Assembly (NCBI GenBank): GCA_031422315.1
Contig: JANOQN010000074.1
Coordinates: 19,444-83,443, forward strand
DNA length: 64,000 nucleotides
DNA from: Rhodanobacteraceae bacterium
GTDB lineage: Bacteria > Pseudomonadota > Gammaproteobacteria > Xanthomonadales > SZUA-5
Direction of reading: 5' to 3'
Within the stretch, counting starts at the first letter, position 1. The number at the start of each line of letters is the position of its first letter. The notes under the pieces were generated by a model. It made no database searches, had not been told where the DNA came from, and worked only from the letters and a program-made list of their open reading frames with translations. Shown here in pieces: positions 1 through 9,527 of the stretch. Position numbers and translations under genes: made by a program.

Positions 1-10
1 CCTGCGCGCG

Positions 11-592
11 GTGAATTCAGCTGGGCATTCACGCTGGAGCAAAGTTCGCGCCGCGCGCACGCCGCCACTGAGCGGCAAGCTCGCGGTTATTGGCGAACCC
101 GATTATTGGCAGGCCGAACAGTGCATCACGCTGGCTGAGTTGAAGAGGCAGGTTGCTGAGGAAATCCAGTTGCAAAAAAGCGTTAGCTTAGGTGACCAAG
201 TTTGGCTGACAAAAACGCAGCTCAGTCCAAAACATCCAACAGTTACGGTTCTAAATCCAAGAGATTGTGGATCTGGCGGCTGCTTGTTTACCGTGTATAG
301 CGAAGAAGGTGCCTGCTTACGCAAGATCACCGACCAAGGCTTTACTGAAGCATTGGACATGGGTGACGATTGGCCAATACTTCGCATGCGCTGGCACTCG
401 GGAGCCAGCATGACCATATTTACCTATTCGCAAATGATAGATGGGCGTTATCAGGCAGTGGATAACAGCGTCAAGACAGACATAGAAACTACGTTTCCAT
501 CGTCAGAAACGGGCAAGGAATTTAGAATGAATGAGCTGAAGTGCCCTACGCCTGTGGTCAAAGAAGTGGCAACTGAGCGCGGGCAGCGTTAG
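11..592 (+). CDS. hypothetical protein. The frame is open back to window position 2, so the gene is probably 5'-truncated by the window edge.
   Basis: Six-frame ORF of 193 aa with no stop upstream in frame; the first codon is GTG; no recognisable motif. Confidence 0.4.
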   Translation: MNSAGHSRWSKVRAARTPPLSGKLAVIGEPDYWQAEQCITLAELKRQVAEEIQLQKSVSLGDQVWLTKTQLSPKHPTVTVLNPRDCGSGGCLFTVYSEEGACLRKITDQGFTEALDMGDDWPILRMRWHSGASMTIFTYSQMIDGRYQAVDNSVKTDIETTFPSSETGKEFRMNELKCPTPVVKEVATERGQR

Positions 593-614
593 TTAATTGC
601 CTGCGGTTAAGCTG

Positions 615-1118
615 TCAATCCGGCACCGGCTGCGTGACAAATTGAAATATCCGCAGCGCCATTTCGGCATCATAGATGCCCATGTCGGGATAGCAATCCT
701 CTCCTTTGGGCGTCGCTACCTGATCTAGAAAACCCATCATTTCCGGCACGCATTGATAGTCAACGACTAAACCATCACAGTGCTTGGCAAAAATCGCCCC
801 GAAGGCGAGCAACACCGGGCCCGCACCAAACGAGCTTGACACGTGGCAAGCGTAGTTGTGCTGTGCCAATCTAGCTTTAATGTGCTCTGGAAACAAAAAG
901 TCTTCCACTTGCGTCCTAGCGTTTTGCGTCAGCGTAACCTTACTATCGTGCCAAAACCAGTGCAGCGATTGCTGCCAATCATCGGGAATTGCGATTTCAA
1001 TAGCTTCAAATTTTCCATTTAGCCACGGCGCACGCAGCAGCGCATTCGCTTCATCTAGCAACTCGCTCGAGAAGTTATCGGGTATGCGATTAAAGTAAAG
1101 ATCGATGTCAAAGCTCAT
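615..1118 (-). CDS. hypothetical protein (167 aa)
   Basis: Clean ORF with plausible codon usage; no motif recognised. Confidence 0.45.
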   Translation of the reverse strand: MSFDIDLYFNRIPDNFSSELLDEANALLRAPWLNGKFEAIEIAIPDDWQQSLHWFWHDSKVTLTQNARTQVEDFLFPEHIKARLAQHNYACHVSSSFGAGPVLLAFGAIFAKHCDGLVVDYQCVPEMMGFLDQVATPKGEDCYPDMGIYDAEMALRIFQFVTQPVPD

Positions 1119-1269
1119 ATTGAGTCCTATCGTTGGCAGTTATTTAGCATTGCGTTGAACAACTGTCGGTGGCCGGAAAGTCGCTCAGTAAACTATCGCA
1201 TTTCACTTATCGATATTGCTACCGGCGCGGCCAACAATTCGTGGCAACCTTAAACACAAGTGTAACACC

Positions 1270-3486
1270 TCACTCCACATCAAATCGATACGCCAATTTG
1301 AGCAAGAATTGATCATCATCGCGCAGCGCAAACGCATCTTCTAGCGTCGCAAACGCGTTTTGTTCTTCGGTATCGGATTGTGCGCCGCCTCGGCTGTAAA
1401 CCGCAAAAATATCGCTGAGAGGGCCAAGCTTGTAGCGATAGCGAATTTGAAAGCCTAGATTTTGCACGTTGACCGGCGCAAGCGTGTTGCTAGTCGCTTG
1501 CAGGCGGCCGGCATTGCCCAAAGTGTATGCGTGCTCCGACGCTGCATTGATTGCAATCGCTTGCAGCTTGACCCGCAATTCTTGTTTGTCACTGATAAAC
1601 CAATTTAAATCGGTGGAAAAATCCAAGCGTGTTCCTTGGTAGCTACCTAAGTTTTTTCCGCCGCGCCACAGCAGCCAGTCATTCCAGTGAATACCGTTCA
1701 ATCCAACTTGCAGATCGAGCTGATCGCTGATGAAAAACCTGGGCATAAAACCCGTAGCAAAGTTGTGCTGACCCGTACCGCGCCCAGGCGTTATGTTAGC
1801 AAACCATTCCCAGCTTACTCGGCCGTTGCTTTGCCTTGCGCGCAGCGCACTTAAATAAGCCTGCAAGCCGCCTTTGAATTGTACGATGCCATTGCCGCGC
1901 GAAATACGATCATCAAATGCCGGCAGCGATTGGCGCGCAAAGAAAAATAGGTTGCCGCCATCGCGCAATTCTGAAAAGCGCTGTAGTGTTATCGCTCGCC
2001 GTAGCGGGAAACCATCCAAGTTATCTTGATGCACCAATTCGGCTTCCCATGCGTGGCTAGCAAAGCGCGATGCCTCTGGCAACGCATCTTGTCGATAACC
2101 GGTTTCCCATTCGGCTAGACGGTAGTTATTGCGATCTTGAAAGCCTAGATCATTGAGGTTGTCATCTTTATCGACGTGCACCAAAAAATACTGCTGGCGA
2201 AACGGGCCGGGCATATCCCAGTCGGCCACGATGCTGGCGCCATTTCCGCGCGTACTTGCGCCGCGCTGTTCGATTTCGCTTTGATGCAGGCTGGTATTGA
2301 TGCTCCACTTCGCATTCGGGCGAAGCACGCTTTGGATGGCGCTGACATCTGCTTGGCGCGCTAAAAATGGCCGCTCAACCGCTGTTTGCGTCAAGTTAAC
2401 GGAGTGCATTTCGCCGCTGTGGGAAGCGCGTAGAAAGCGAAAATCACGGCCAATCGCATCAGCTTCAGTTGCGCCAAAAACTGCATAGCCAAAGTCACCC
2501 AAATTGCCGCTGCCTTTAACAGCAGCGCGAATTTGCGCCGCTCCGTTCCCATTGTCAGCCGGGCCGCCGATGCGCCGGGTGTAAAGCAAATCGCCTGATG
2601 TCGAGGACGATTCAAATGCGGCTTGATTGTCGGTAAAAAACGGGCGTTTGTCGGTAAAAAAAGTCTCGACATTATCAAAATTGACGACTAGCTCATCGCT
2701 TTCGACCTGCCCAAAATCCGGGTTGAGCGTCATGGCAAATTGATGATTGCTGTTTGGCTTCCAGAACACATCGATACCGGTTTTGAAGGTCTGCTCATTA
2801 TTTTTTAGATCACTCAAAGCAACCGCATAGGGCGTAAACGCGAGTGCGCTTTGCTCAAACGCGTCAATTTCAATGCGTTTGAATTCAGACAAAAACCTTG
2901 GTTGGGTAAAGCTTGCAGCGGGCGTGCCAAAGCGCTGGCCGGTGCTAGAAATGGTGCGATCAAAATAAACCGCAATGCTGCGTTTGCCGTTAAGTCCAGG
3001 CTGCATGGAAGTGATCGACCAGGGAATCAGAAGTTCGTACTGATAGCCCGCTTCATTGGCACTGACTGCGTGTTGCCAATCGCCATCCCAGTCCTCACTA
3101 AATTGGTTTTCTAGCGTGATTACTTCATCGGCAATATCGCCACTGGCAGCAACGCTAAAGGCATAGCCCGCGCTGGCATCGCCATCAAAATCAATCATGA
3201 AGCTGACGCGATCAACTTGATCTGAAAAATCGCGCTGCACTCTAGAATTCACTCTGGGCAAGCGCAACGATTGATCGGCGCGAATCGCAATCGCCATGCC
3301 AACGGGCGTTGCCAGCAGTTTGGCTTCGGTGTGAAATTCTGTCGGAACCTTATTGGTTGTCAGCGGCTGCAGCTCAACAAATTCGTTGAAACCTTGCGCG
3401 CCTGACCATTCTTCTTCATTGATTTGGCCGTCGATTTCAACGGCATTTACGCCAGCGCTTAGCAAAAAAAGCAGCGCTGCGGTCAT
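1270..3486 (-). CDS. large secreted protein of unknown function (DUF5916 / carbohydrate-binding-like outer-membrane protein family guess)
   Basis: ORF of 754 aa on the track (1270..3534). An internal Met gives a classic signal peptide, MTAALLFLLSAGVNA, so the start is more likely 3486. Beta-rich composition, and the protein ends with an aromatic residue typical of outer-membrane proteins. Confidence 0.55.
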   Translation of the reverse strand: MTAALLFLLSAGVNAVEIDGQINEEEWSGAQGFNEFVELQPLTTNKVPTEFHTEAKLLATPVGMAIAIRADQSLRLPRVNSRVQRDFSDQVDRVSFMIDFDGDASAGYAFSVAASGDIADEVITLENQFSEDWDGDWQHAVSANEAGYQYELLIPWSITSMQPGLNGKRSIAVYFDRTISSTGQRFGTPAASFTQPRFLSEFKRIEIDAFEQSALAFTPYAVALSDLKNNEQTFKTGIDVFWKPNSNHQFAMTLNPDFGQVESDELVVNFDNVETFFTDKRPFFTDNQAAFESSSTSGDLLYTRRIGGPADNGNGAAQIRAAVKGSGNLGDFGYAVFGATEADAIGRDFRFLRASHSGEMHSVNLTQTAVERPFLARQADVSAIQSVLRPNAKWSINTSLHQSEIEQRGASTRGNGASIVADWDMPGPFRQQYFLVHVDKDDNLNDLGFQDRNNYRLAEWETGYRQDALPEASRFASHAWEAELVHQDNLDGFPLRRAITLQRFSELRDGGNLFFFARQSLPAFDDRISRGNGIVQFKGGLQAYLSALRARQSNGRVSWEWFANITPGRGTGQHNFATGFMPRFFISDQLDLQVGLNGIHWNDWLLWRGGKNLGSYQGTRLDFSTDLNWFISDKQELRVKLQAIAINAASEHAYTLGNAGRLQATSNTLAPVNVQNLGFQIRYRYKLGPLSDIFAVYSRGGAQSDTEEQNAFATLEDAFALRDDDQFLLKLAYRFDVE

Positions 3487-4038
3487 TAGTTTGCCGTGCC
3501 GCTCGGACCACGAGCAGATGCTTGAGATTTTCATGTGGGTTTTCCTGGTGAGTGGAATTTGCTTCAGGTGAATTAGCTATCGGTAAAAACGCACCCTCCC
3601 CCAACCCCTCTCCCATAAAGGGAGAGGGAGCAAACTAGCGCTTCGATCAAAACAGAAGGCGGTTTTAGCCCCTCTCCCTTTATGGGAGAGGGGTTGGGGA
3701 GAGGGTTGTATTAGGTTGCTAGCCAAACTTCTCGCAATAGGAGCAGCGCTGCGGTCATTAGTTTGCCGTGCCGCTCGGGGCACGAGCAGCTAGGTAAAGT
3801 ATTCATATGGGTTTTCCTGGTAGGTGTGTTGGCTATTGGTAAAAACAAACCCTCTCCCCCAACCCCTCTCCCATAAAGGGAGAGGGGAGCTAATTCGCGC
3901 TTCGATCAAAACAGAAGGCAATTGCCCTTCATGAAAGAAAACTCAGTAGCGCTTCGTTGAGCGCAGAAATCCGTTTTAGCCCCTCTCCCTTTATGGGAGA
4001 GGGGTTGAGGAGAGGGTTTTATTAGGTTGCTAGCCAAG
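3471..4038. repeat. Tandem duplication of a ~270-bp unit (unit 1 at 3471..3738, unit 2 at 3743..4038). Each unit carries the first ~5 codons and 5' leader of the upstream gene plus a ~120-170-bp palindromic MITE/REP-like element.
   Basis: The string gcagcgctgcggtcattagtttgccgtgccgctcgg...gggttttcctggt...ggtaaaaac occurs at 3471 and again at 3743. Each copy contains an inverted repeat: cccctctcccataaagggagagggg, then cttcgatcaaaacagaagg, then cccctctccctttatgggagagggg. Confidence 0.85.
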
Positions 4039-4061
4039 CATCGGAGTTTTTCCTGGAAGTG

Positions 4062-5048
4062 CTAGTTGCTGGCACCTAGCATTCGATCTAAATAGTCTCG
4101 GGCCGCAATCTCTTTGGATTGCGCCAACCAAAACAGCGCACGCTCGCGCGTTGATTTCTTGGCGCTGCGGTCTTGTATTAAGTCGATAAGCGCCTGACTT
4201 GCTTGACCATCCGAAAGCTGCGACAGCGCGAAAATCGCCTGCTCTTGCACGCCGTCGTCAGGATCGCTCAATACCGCTTGGCGAATTAATTTAGCCGCTC
4301 CTAAATCCAATTCACCCGCTGTCTTAGCCAGCCAAAACCACGCTTGCCCGCGTACGTGCGGGCTACTATCGTGCTGAGCAGTATTCGCAATTTGGGCGGT
4401 GCGGCGCTCGTCTTCAGATTGCGCGAGCACAAACACAGCGTGCGCGCGATATTTGGCGCTAGCATCTTGCAAGCCGGTCAACGCCAGCTCAAATCCAGCT
4501 GCGCCGCGCATTTGCCCAGCCCAAAATAGTGCCTGCTTGCGAACTGCCTTGGCCAAATGCTTTGCAGTTAATCCGCGCAAAATGGTGTCGGCTTGAGTAC
4601 TGTCATGCGCTGAAATCGCAGCTAGTGTGGCGTCCATCAGCGTTCGCTCAAGCACCTTGTTTTCCAGCCAAGCTAAGCTGGTGTTTGCTGCCACTTGACC
4701 GAAATTCAGCACCGGTTGTTTTGAGGTGACCTTGCAGCTCAACCCCACAGGGCGAATGCTACGAACCCGCCCTGACTCAGTACGCACGAAAATCCGAATG
4801 AGCGTTGACGAGCTGCGGGACTGGCTTGAACTCGTGCTAGCAAAGCCTTGATCGGGTCTATCTAGATCACAGGCGAGCTGTTCACCCTGCGTGTCAAAAC
4901 AGCACCAGTCCGCAGCGGATTGGATGCCGCGCACATCAAAACTTGCCCAGCCTTGCTCTGGCATTTTCGGCATATCGAGTAATTCGGGCTGTGCCTGCAC
5001 AGCTGGCGCGCAAGCGATTAAACACAACAATAATCTGAACATCCTCAT
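4062..5048 (-). CDS. HEAT-repeat (PBS-lyase-like) protein with N-terminal signal peptide
   Basis: Signal peptide MRMFRLLLCLIACAPAVQA. The C-terminal half is made of repeated ~30-aa helical units with the pattern A..F.LA.....A...L (HEAT-like). The ORF overlaps the next gene by 4 bp. Confidence 0.55.
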   Translation of the reverse strand: MRMFRLLLCLIACAPAVQAQPELLDMPKMPEQGWASFDVRGIQSAADWCCFDTQGEQLACDLDRPDQGFASTSSSQSRSSSTLIRIFVRTESGRVRSIRPVGLSCKVTSKQPVLNFGQVAANTSLAWLENKVLERTLMDATLAAISAHDSTQADTILRGLTAKHLAKAVRKQALFWAGQMRGAAGFELALTGLQDASAKYRAHAVFVLAQSEDERRTAQIANTAQHDSSPHVRGQAWFWLAKTAGELDLGAAKLIRQAVLSDPDDGVQEQAIFALSQLSDGQASQALIDLIQDRSAKKSTRERALFWLAQSKEIAARDYLDRMLGASN

Positions 5049-6046
5049 GGCGCCTTACCCTCCAATGCAGCGTCAATCGCTTCCAATGCCGCATCACCAC
5101 CCATAACGCCAAGGGTTCTCAGTAACTCGCGTTTTTCAGTCGGAACTTCAGTGGCGCGATAAAGGCTTAGCACTGCGGCTTCATCACCCGCAATGAGTAA
5201 GCCAGAAAGTGCCGCTGCTTTTTCGTCCGGTGATTTCGCGCTTTGATAAAGTGTTTTAAGCTCGACTTTTGCCTGCTCGCTCCGAAGCATACCCAAGCTG
5301 CGTATCGCCTCAGTACGGGCAGCCGAATCTGGATCATTGCGGGCGATTTTCAGCACGCTCTCCAAATCACCTGCAATGGCATAGGCGCGCGCCAGGTTAA
5401 CGCCAGTAACGCCTTGCGTAGCTAGTTTGCGCAGCTCGGCTACGGCACCGAGTGCGGCCAATCGATTAACGATTTCCTCGCGCTGAGCCGAGTTTTTAGA
5501 TTGCAGAGCTAGCTCTGCTAACAATGTATGCGCGTTAGCAATCGTCAGCGCCGTGATTACGCTGCCTTGCTGTTCGGTGCTGCCGCTTGTATAGATTGGC
5601 GTCAACGCTTTAAGCGAATCAGTATCACCGCCAATGCCTACCGAACGGATCGCTTCTAGCTGCAGGGGGCCTTTTAGCTCAAGCGCGTTTTTCAACAATA
5701 GGCTGCGCGCCGCGGGTGTATCAATTTGCCCCAGCACAAATAGTGCGCGCGCCTTTACAAGATCACTTTGTGATTGCTTCAAGGTGCGCTCCAGTAGCGG
5801 CAGTGCGCGCTCAGGCGGCGCACTCATCAGCGCGCGTAATGCAGCAATGGCAAGCGCTTCCGCTTCGGTCGGCTTTCGATCAGAAACTCCACGCACATGC
5901 AGTGCACGGCGTTTGGCGATCTCAGCGGCTCTGATTTGCTGCGCAGCCGAATCGTTTGAGACAGTTTGCGGCACTTGCCCATGGCTTGGTATCGCAATCG
6001 CCACAGCACAAAGCAGTGCCGTAAGTATTTGGAAGTTTCTTAACAT
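5045..6046 (-). CDS. HEAT/ARM-repeat protein with signal peptide
   Basis: Signal peptide MLRNFQILTALLCAVAIAIPSHG. Repeated helical units rich in A/L/R. Third gene of the ECF-sigma operon. Confidence 0.55.
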   Translation of the reverse strand: MLRNFQILTALLCAVAIAIPSHGQVPQTVSNDSAAQQIRAAEIAKRRALHVRGVSDRKPTEAEALAIAALRALMSAPPERALPLLERTLKQSQSDLVKARALFVLGQIDTPAARSLLLKNALELKGPLQLEAIRSVGIGGDTDSLKALTPIYTSGSTEQQGSVITALTIANAHTLLAELALQSKNSAQREEIVNRLAALGAVAELRKLATQGVTGVNLARAYAIAGDLESVLKIARNDPDSAARTEAIRSLGMLRSEQAKVELKTLYQSAKSPDEKAAALSGLLIAGDEAAVLSLYRATEVPTEKRELLRTLGVMGGDAALEAIDAALEGKAP

Positions 6047-6058
6047 AGCAATGATTCC

Positions 6059-6805
6059 TTAGATCGTGTCAGGTACATATTGAGACGAGCGCTGCTGCAA
6101 TTTGGTTAGCAAGGCATGTGATTCAAATTCAAACTGTTCTATCAGACCACCTCGAAGCTCAGCTTGATCAGCTTTCGCGAGTTCAATCAACACCGGTTGC
6201 AAAGCCGCTAAGACCCTCGCTAAGTCAGCTTGGCCCTGCTGGGCTGCGCGCTGCTGAAAACTCTGGTTTTGCGCTAGCACGTCGGCCAATAGCTCGCGCT
6301 GCTCGGTCTGCTGATAGTCCGTGCGCGCTAGCATTGCCTGTGCCTCCATCAGATGCAGGCTCACCGCGCGCAGGCTAACTCGATTTAATTCCTTAGAACT
6401 TTGACCAGCAGGCACTGGACTAACGATGGCAATATCGGTGGTGCCGCCAATGTTTTGCATTGGCGTACGCGGCAAACTCATCCACAACAAGACTGCCGCT
6501 GCACCCGCCGCAGAGGTGGCGGCAAACTTTGGCCACTGCGGCTTTGCCAAGCCTGACTGTGCATGCAGGCGCAGCTGTTGCTGCAATCGCTTTAAAGTCG
6601 CAGGCGCAATATTGACGTCGCTTTGCGGCTTAAGCAGCGCCAAATCGCATTGTATGGCGCGCCAGCGCGCTAACACGCTTGCATCCGACGCAATCAGCGC
6701 GTCAATTTGGCGAATTTCCTCAGCGCTTAAATCAAGCTGCCAGTAGCGCGCTAGCAACTGCTCATCGGTTAGCGCATTTGCGTCGGTCATATTTTCAAAG
6801 CTCAT
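6059..6805 (-). CDS. putative anti-sigma factor (membrane-anchored)
   Basis: Lies immediately downstream of, and 4-bp overlapping with, the ECF sigma gene. The soluble N-terminus is followed by a hydrophobic segment (ATSAAGAAAVLLWMSL) and a periplasmic helical region. Confidence 0.5.
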   Translation of the reverse strand: MSFENMTDANALTDEQLLARYWQLDLSAEEIRQIDALIASDASVLARWRAIQCDLALLKPQSDVNIAPATLKRLQQQLRLHAQSGLAKPQWPKFAATSAAGAAAVLLWMSLPRTPMQNIGGTTDIAIVSPVPAGQSSKELNRVSLRAVSLHLMEAQAMLARTDYQQTEQRELLADVLAQNQSFQQRAAQQGQADLARVLAALQPVLIELAKADQAELRGGLIEQFEFESHALLTKLQQRSSQYVPDTI

Positions 6806-7368
6806 GGCAATATCCTTTTCGGATTAGTTAGCTGACTACGCAGTTTTCCGGTAGCGCGAAACAGCGCCTGTTTGACGCTGCTAATGCTGCAGCCTAGCTT
6901 GCTGGCCAGCTCATCCAGGCTATAGCTTTCGACGTGTTTGAATACGAAGCAAACTCTTTCCAGATCAGTCAGCTTATGCAGCGCGCGTTCGAAGCTGCCT
7001 TGCCATTGCAGCTGCGCACTGTGTTGAAGCGGATCTGCATCAGCAGACTCAACGGCTAAACTCGCGGCGCTTTCCGGCACTTCGAAAGCCAGCGCCGGAC
7101 GATTTCGGCGCAGCACATCCAACGCGCAGTTCACCGCGATTTTGTAAATCCAGCTCGCCAGCTCAGCCTGGCCTTGAAACTGCGAACGGCGATCCCAGGC
7201 TTTCAGCATGGCTTCTTGCACCGCATCTTCCGCCAGCGCGGCGTCTTTTGTAATGCGCAAACATGCGCTATACCACTGCCCAGCATGTGCGCGCAGCGTG
7301 GCCTCGAAGTGATCGAGTGCCAATGCAGGCGCGCTGGCTAGCCTAAATAGTCTAAGAAATGCATTCAT
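6802..7368 (-). CDS. RNA polymerase ECF-type sigma-70 family sigma factor
   Basis: Region-2 motifs (DAVQEAMLKAWDRRSQF, YKIAVNCALDVLRR) and a region-4 helix-turn-helix (SYSLDELASKLGCSISSVKQALFRATGKLR). Confidence 0.85.
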   Translation of the reverse strand: MNAFLRLFRLASAPALALDHFEATLRAHAGQWYSACLRITKDAALAEDAVQEAMLKAWDRRSQFQGQAELASWIYKIAVNCALDVLRRNRPALAFEVPESAASLAVESADADPLQHSAQLQWQGSFERALHKLTDLERVCFVFKHVESYSLDELASKLGCSISSVKQALFRATGKLRSQLTNPKRILP

Positions 7369-7638
7369 GCGATTCAGACGCGCGGGCCTGGGGAAAAGTT
7401 AGCACGAATTCCCTTCGTCATCGCCGCGTGGTACCCACGCGCTGAGAGAGCGTAAGCGAAGTAGTGTTGCCCAGCGTTTCCTGTGAATTTTGCCCAGCCC
7501 TGCGCCATTTCCCCACCTCGTAGATTGTTTGAACCTCAAAATTCTTCCAATGATGGCTAACCTTTGATTCAGCCGACATGCGGCGCACGAAACAAAGATA
7601 GCGCGGTACCGCAAAAGGCCGAATGGTCGGCCTGCAAT

Positions 7639-8397
7639 TTAAGGGTTAGCGCCGCTTGATGCTGAAAAATTGCGCGCCGAGGTGTTTGCAATACACGAGT
7701 TGCTGAAAAATCGACTTATGGAAGGTGCCGACTTCCCTGAAATCAGAACTTTCGCCCTTTTTTGGACGTTTTTGCGGCCGTTGATTTTGCTTTCAGGTCG
7801 CCGTGAAACAGCCAAAAAAGTATCTCTAGTCAAGCGAAAAATTTCTGTAAAAATATCGTCAATTGCTTCGCCGTTGGCTTCACTTTTTGCAAGGTCCTGC
7901 CAGTTGAGCTCGGCATTCGCAAAACGTTTCATTGATTTAAGGCCTCGCTTATTATCTTGACCAAGCGGGATTTTTTCCAATTCACTAGATTGTTGCAGAG
8001 CCTTGAAAAAATGCTTATTCCAGTCTTGTAGCGCTATTAAGCCCGAATGTTTATCTGACGCACTCGGCTCGGCGGGAGAGGCTTCTGAATCTGGCGTCCA
8101 TGGAATAAACCCCCACACTCCTCGTTCTTGCATCAAACCTTGCAAAATTGCCATATCGCCCAGAGCCTGCTGCTGATCTTCGCTGAGTGTTGCCGCTAAG
8201 TCGTGTTGCGATAACGCCAAGTTGATCCAGCTCGCATCATAGAACCGCCCATGCACCAGCATCAATCCGCAAAGACGTCCGTGCAAACCACTTGCACTTA
8301 CCCCTATCTTGATTTCCGTAACAATCCCTTCGAGCTGAGCGTAGAGTTCCTCAAAATCAAATTCGCTAGTTTGATTTTCATTACTCATGATATTCAC
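7639..8397 (-). CDS. UPF0149 family protein (YgfB-like) with an unusual ~55-aa low-complexity C-terminal tail
   Basis: The N-terminus (DFEELYAQLEGI...SASGLHGRLCGL) and the GEAIDDIFTEIFRLTRDTF segment resemble YgfB/UPF0149. The last ~55 residues are Ser/Lys/Arg-rich. Confidence 0.5.
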   Translation of the reverse strand: MNIMSNENQTSEFDFEELYAQLEGIVTEIKIGVSASGLHGRLCGLMLVHGRFYDASWINLALSQHDLAATLSEDQQQALGDMAILQGLMQERGVWGFIPWTPDSEASPAEPSASDKHSGLIALQDWNKHFFKALQQSSELEKIPLGQDNKRGLKSMKRFANAELNWQDLAKSEANGEAIDDIFTEIFRLTRDTFLAVSRRPESKINGRKNVQKRAKVLISGKSAPSISRFFSNSCIANTSARNFSASSGANP

Positions 8398-9362
8398 AAA
8401 TTAGATTGTCCAAGGTGACTCCCACTAGCTAGCGAGCTTTGAATCAATTTTTTATTAGTTAACGAACGACGCGCCCAATGCTCTTTTTGACGCTAATAAG
8501 CTTAATAAGCCGCAATGCGGCGAGAAGACTTGAATCTAAAGCATTGAGCCTAATGCCGCATTGTCGGTTTAATTCAAAAGTTAGAGCAAAGTGGCGCGGT
8601 AGTTTTGTTGCCACAGCTTGCCTTACCAATTAGCTGACGAAACACGAACGGCAACTTCAGTTTGCGAGCATTAATGGGTTGCAACCCGCAAACGATTTTC
8701 GAGCTGCTGACGCTCCATGATTTTGCTATGAAGCTAACTTAAAATAGGAATGCCATATGCGGCGCTAACTGTTGAGCAGAGCGAAGCGTGAGGACGCACT
8801 TCGGCTAGAGGATGCCAACGTTCCACGTGTCGCTGCGGCTGAACTGGTACTTGAAACCGGCAATTCTCCAATTTCCAGACTTCTTTGCAAGGATGAACAT
8901 GAACTTGTAGTTCACAACAGGTCCGTCTGTCTGGAACGTCAATTCAGTTCGACTTGGGCTCTTGTCAACATTTGAAAGAAGTTTCGATACATCGACCCCT
9001 TCATACTTTGTTGGAATGCCCAGCGATCATTTTCGGTGTTGCCTTGCAATGTTGTCTGCAGTGTGTCGGTTTTACTGCATTTCCCTGCATGGATTTGGCG
9101 TTGTTTTGAAGGTTTTTCTGGGCGATGACCGCATTGCGCCTGCCAGCTACTTAGAGCCGCGTTTTGATCGCTTGATTTCTCTCTTGACGCCTCATGTGGC
9201 GCTTGGTTGTCGCAGTGACGGGGTCGTTTTCAGCGTGTTCGGGCTGACAACAGTTACGCGGACCATATCGAACGAGATGACGGCCCTGGGCGCAGACAAA
9301 TTCGAGGATCGATACGGCCAGCTCTGATAGCGCAAGGCCATTGCGCTCGCGCTCGAGGTAGA

Positions 9363-9415
9363 CCGGATTAAACCGGATTGTCCACCGGAATATCAATCGG
9401 ATTAGACCGGATTGC
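9363..9415. promoter_or_regulatory. Array of five helically phased heptamer direct repeats (CCGGATT / CCGGAAT / TCGGATT) upstream of tpiA; candidate transcription-factor binding array
   Basis: gaCCGGATTaaaCCGGATTgtccaCCGGAATatcaaTCGGATTagaCCGGATTgc, with 10-12-bp spacing. It sits ~60 bp upstream of a TTGACA -35-like hexamer at 9474. Confidence 0.45.
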
Positions 9416-9527
9416 AGCGCTTTTGCCAATTGCACGAAAGCGCGCCTGAGCCGACCCACGTTAAAACGAAATTTTGACATTTGCCTAGCAAATCGCGACA
9501 TTCGCAGCTTTACTAGGGTGCATACGT

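Noticed and set aside
3577-3783. 68-aa ORF (MPRAARQTNDRSAAP...)
   Set aside because: It lies entirely within the palindromic repeat units; the reading frame is an artefact of the repeat sequence.
3471-4038. Possible CRISPR array, because of repeated palindromic units
   Set aside because: Only two ~270-bp units are present, with no short regularly spaced repeat/spacer structure and no cas genes.
7399-7614. 71-aa ORF between the ECF sigma gene and the ygfB-like gene
   Set aside because: Arg/Trp-rich, typical of a spurious GC-rich frame; probably promoter/UTR sequence.
8962-9327. 121-aa ORF in the ygfB-tpiA intergenic region
   Set aside because: Cys-rich atypical composition, no RBS or motif support, and it sits in a region better explained as regulatory/non-coding; left uncalled.
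8400-9527. 6S RNA (ssrS) expected near ygfB/zapA by enterobacterial synteny
   Set aside because: I found no zapA homologue and no sequence resembling the conserved 6S terminal stems or central bubble; left as an open question in findings rather than a called feature.
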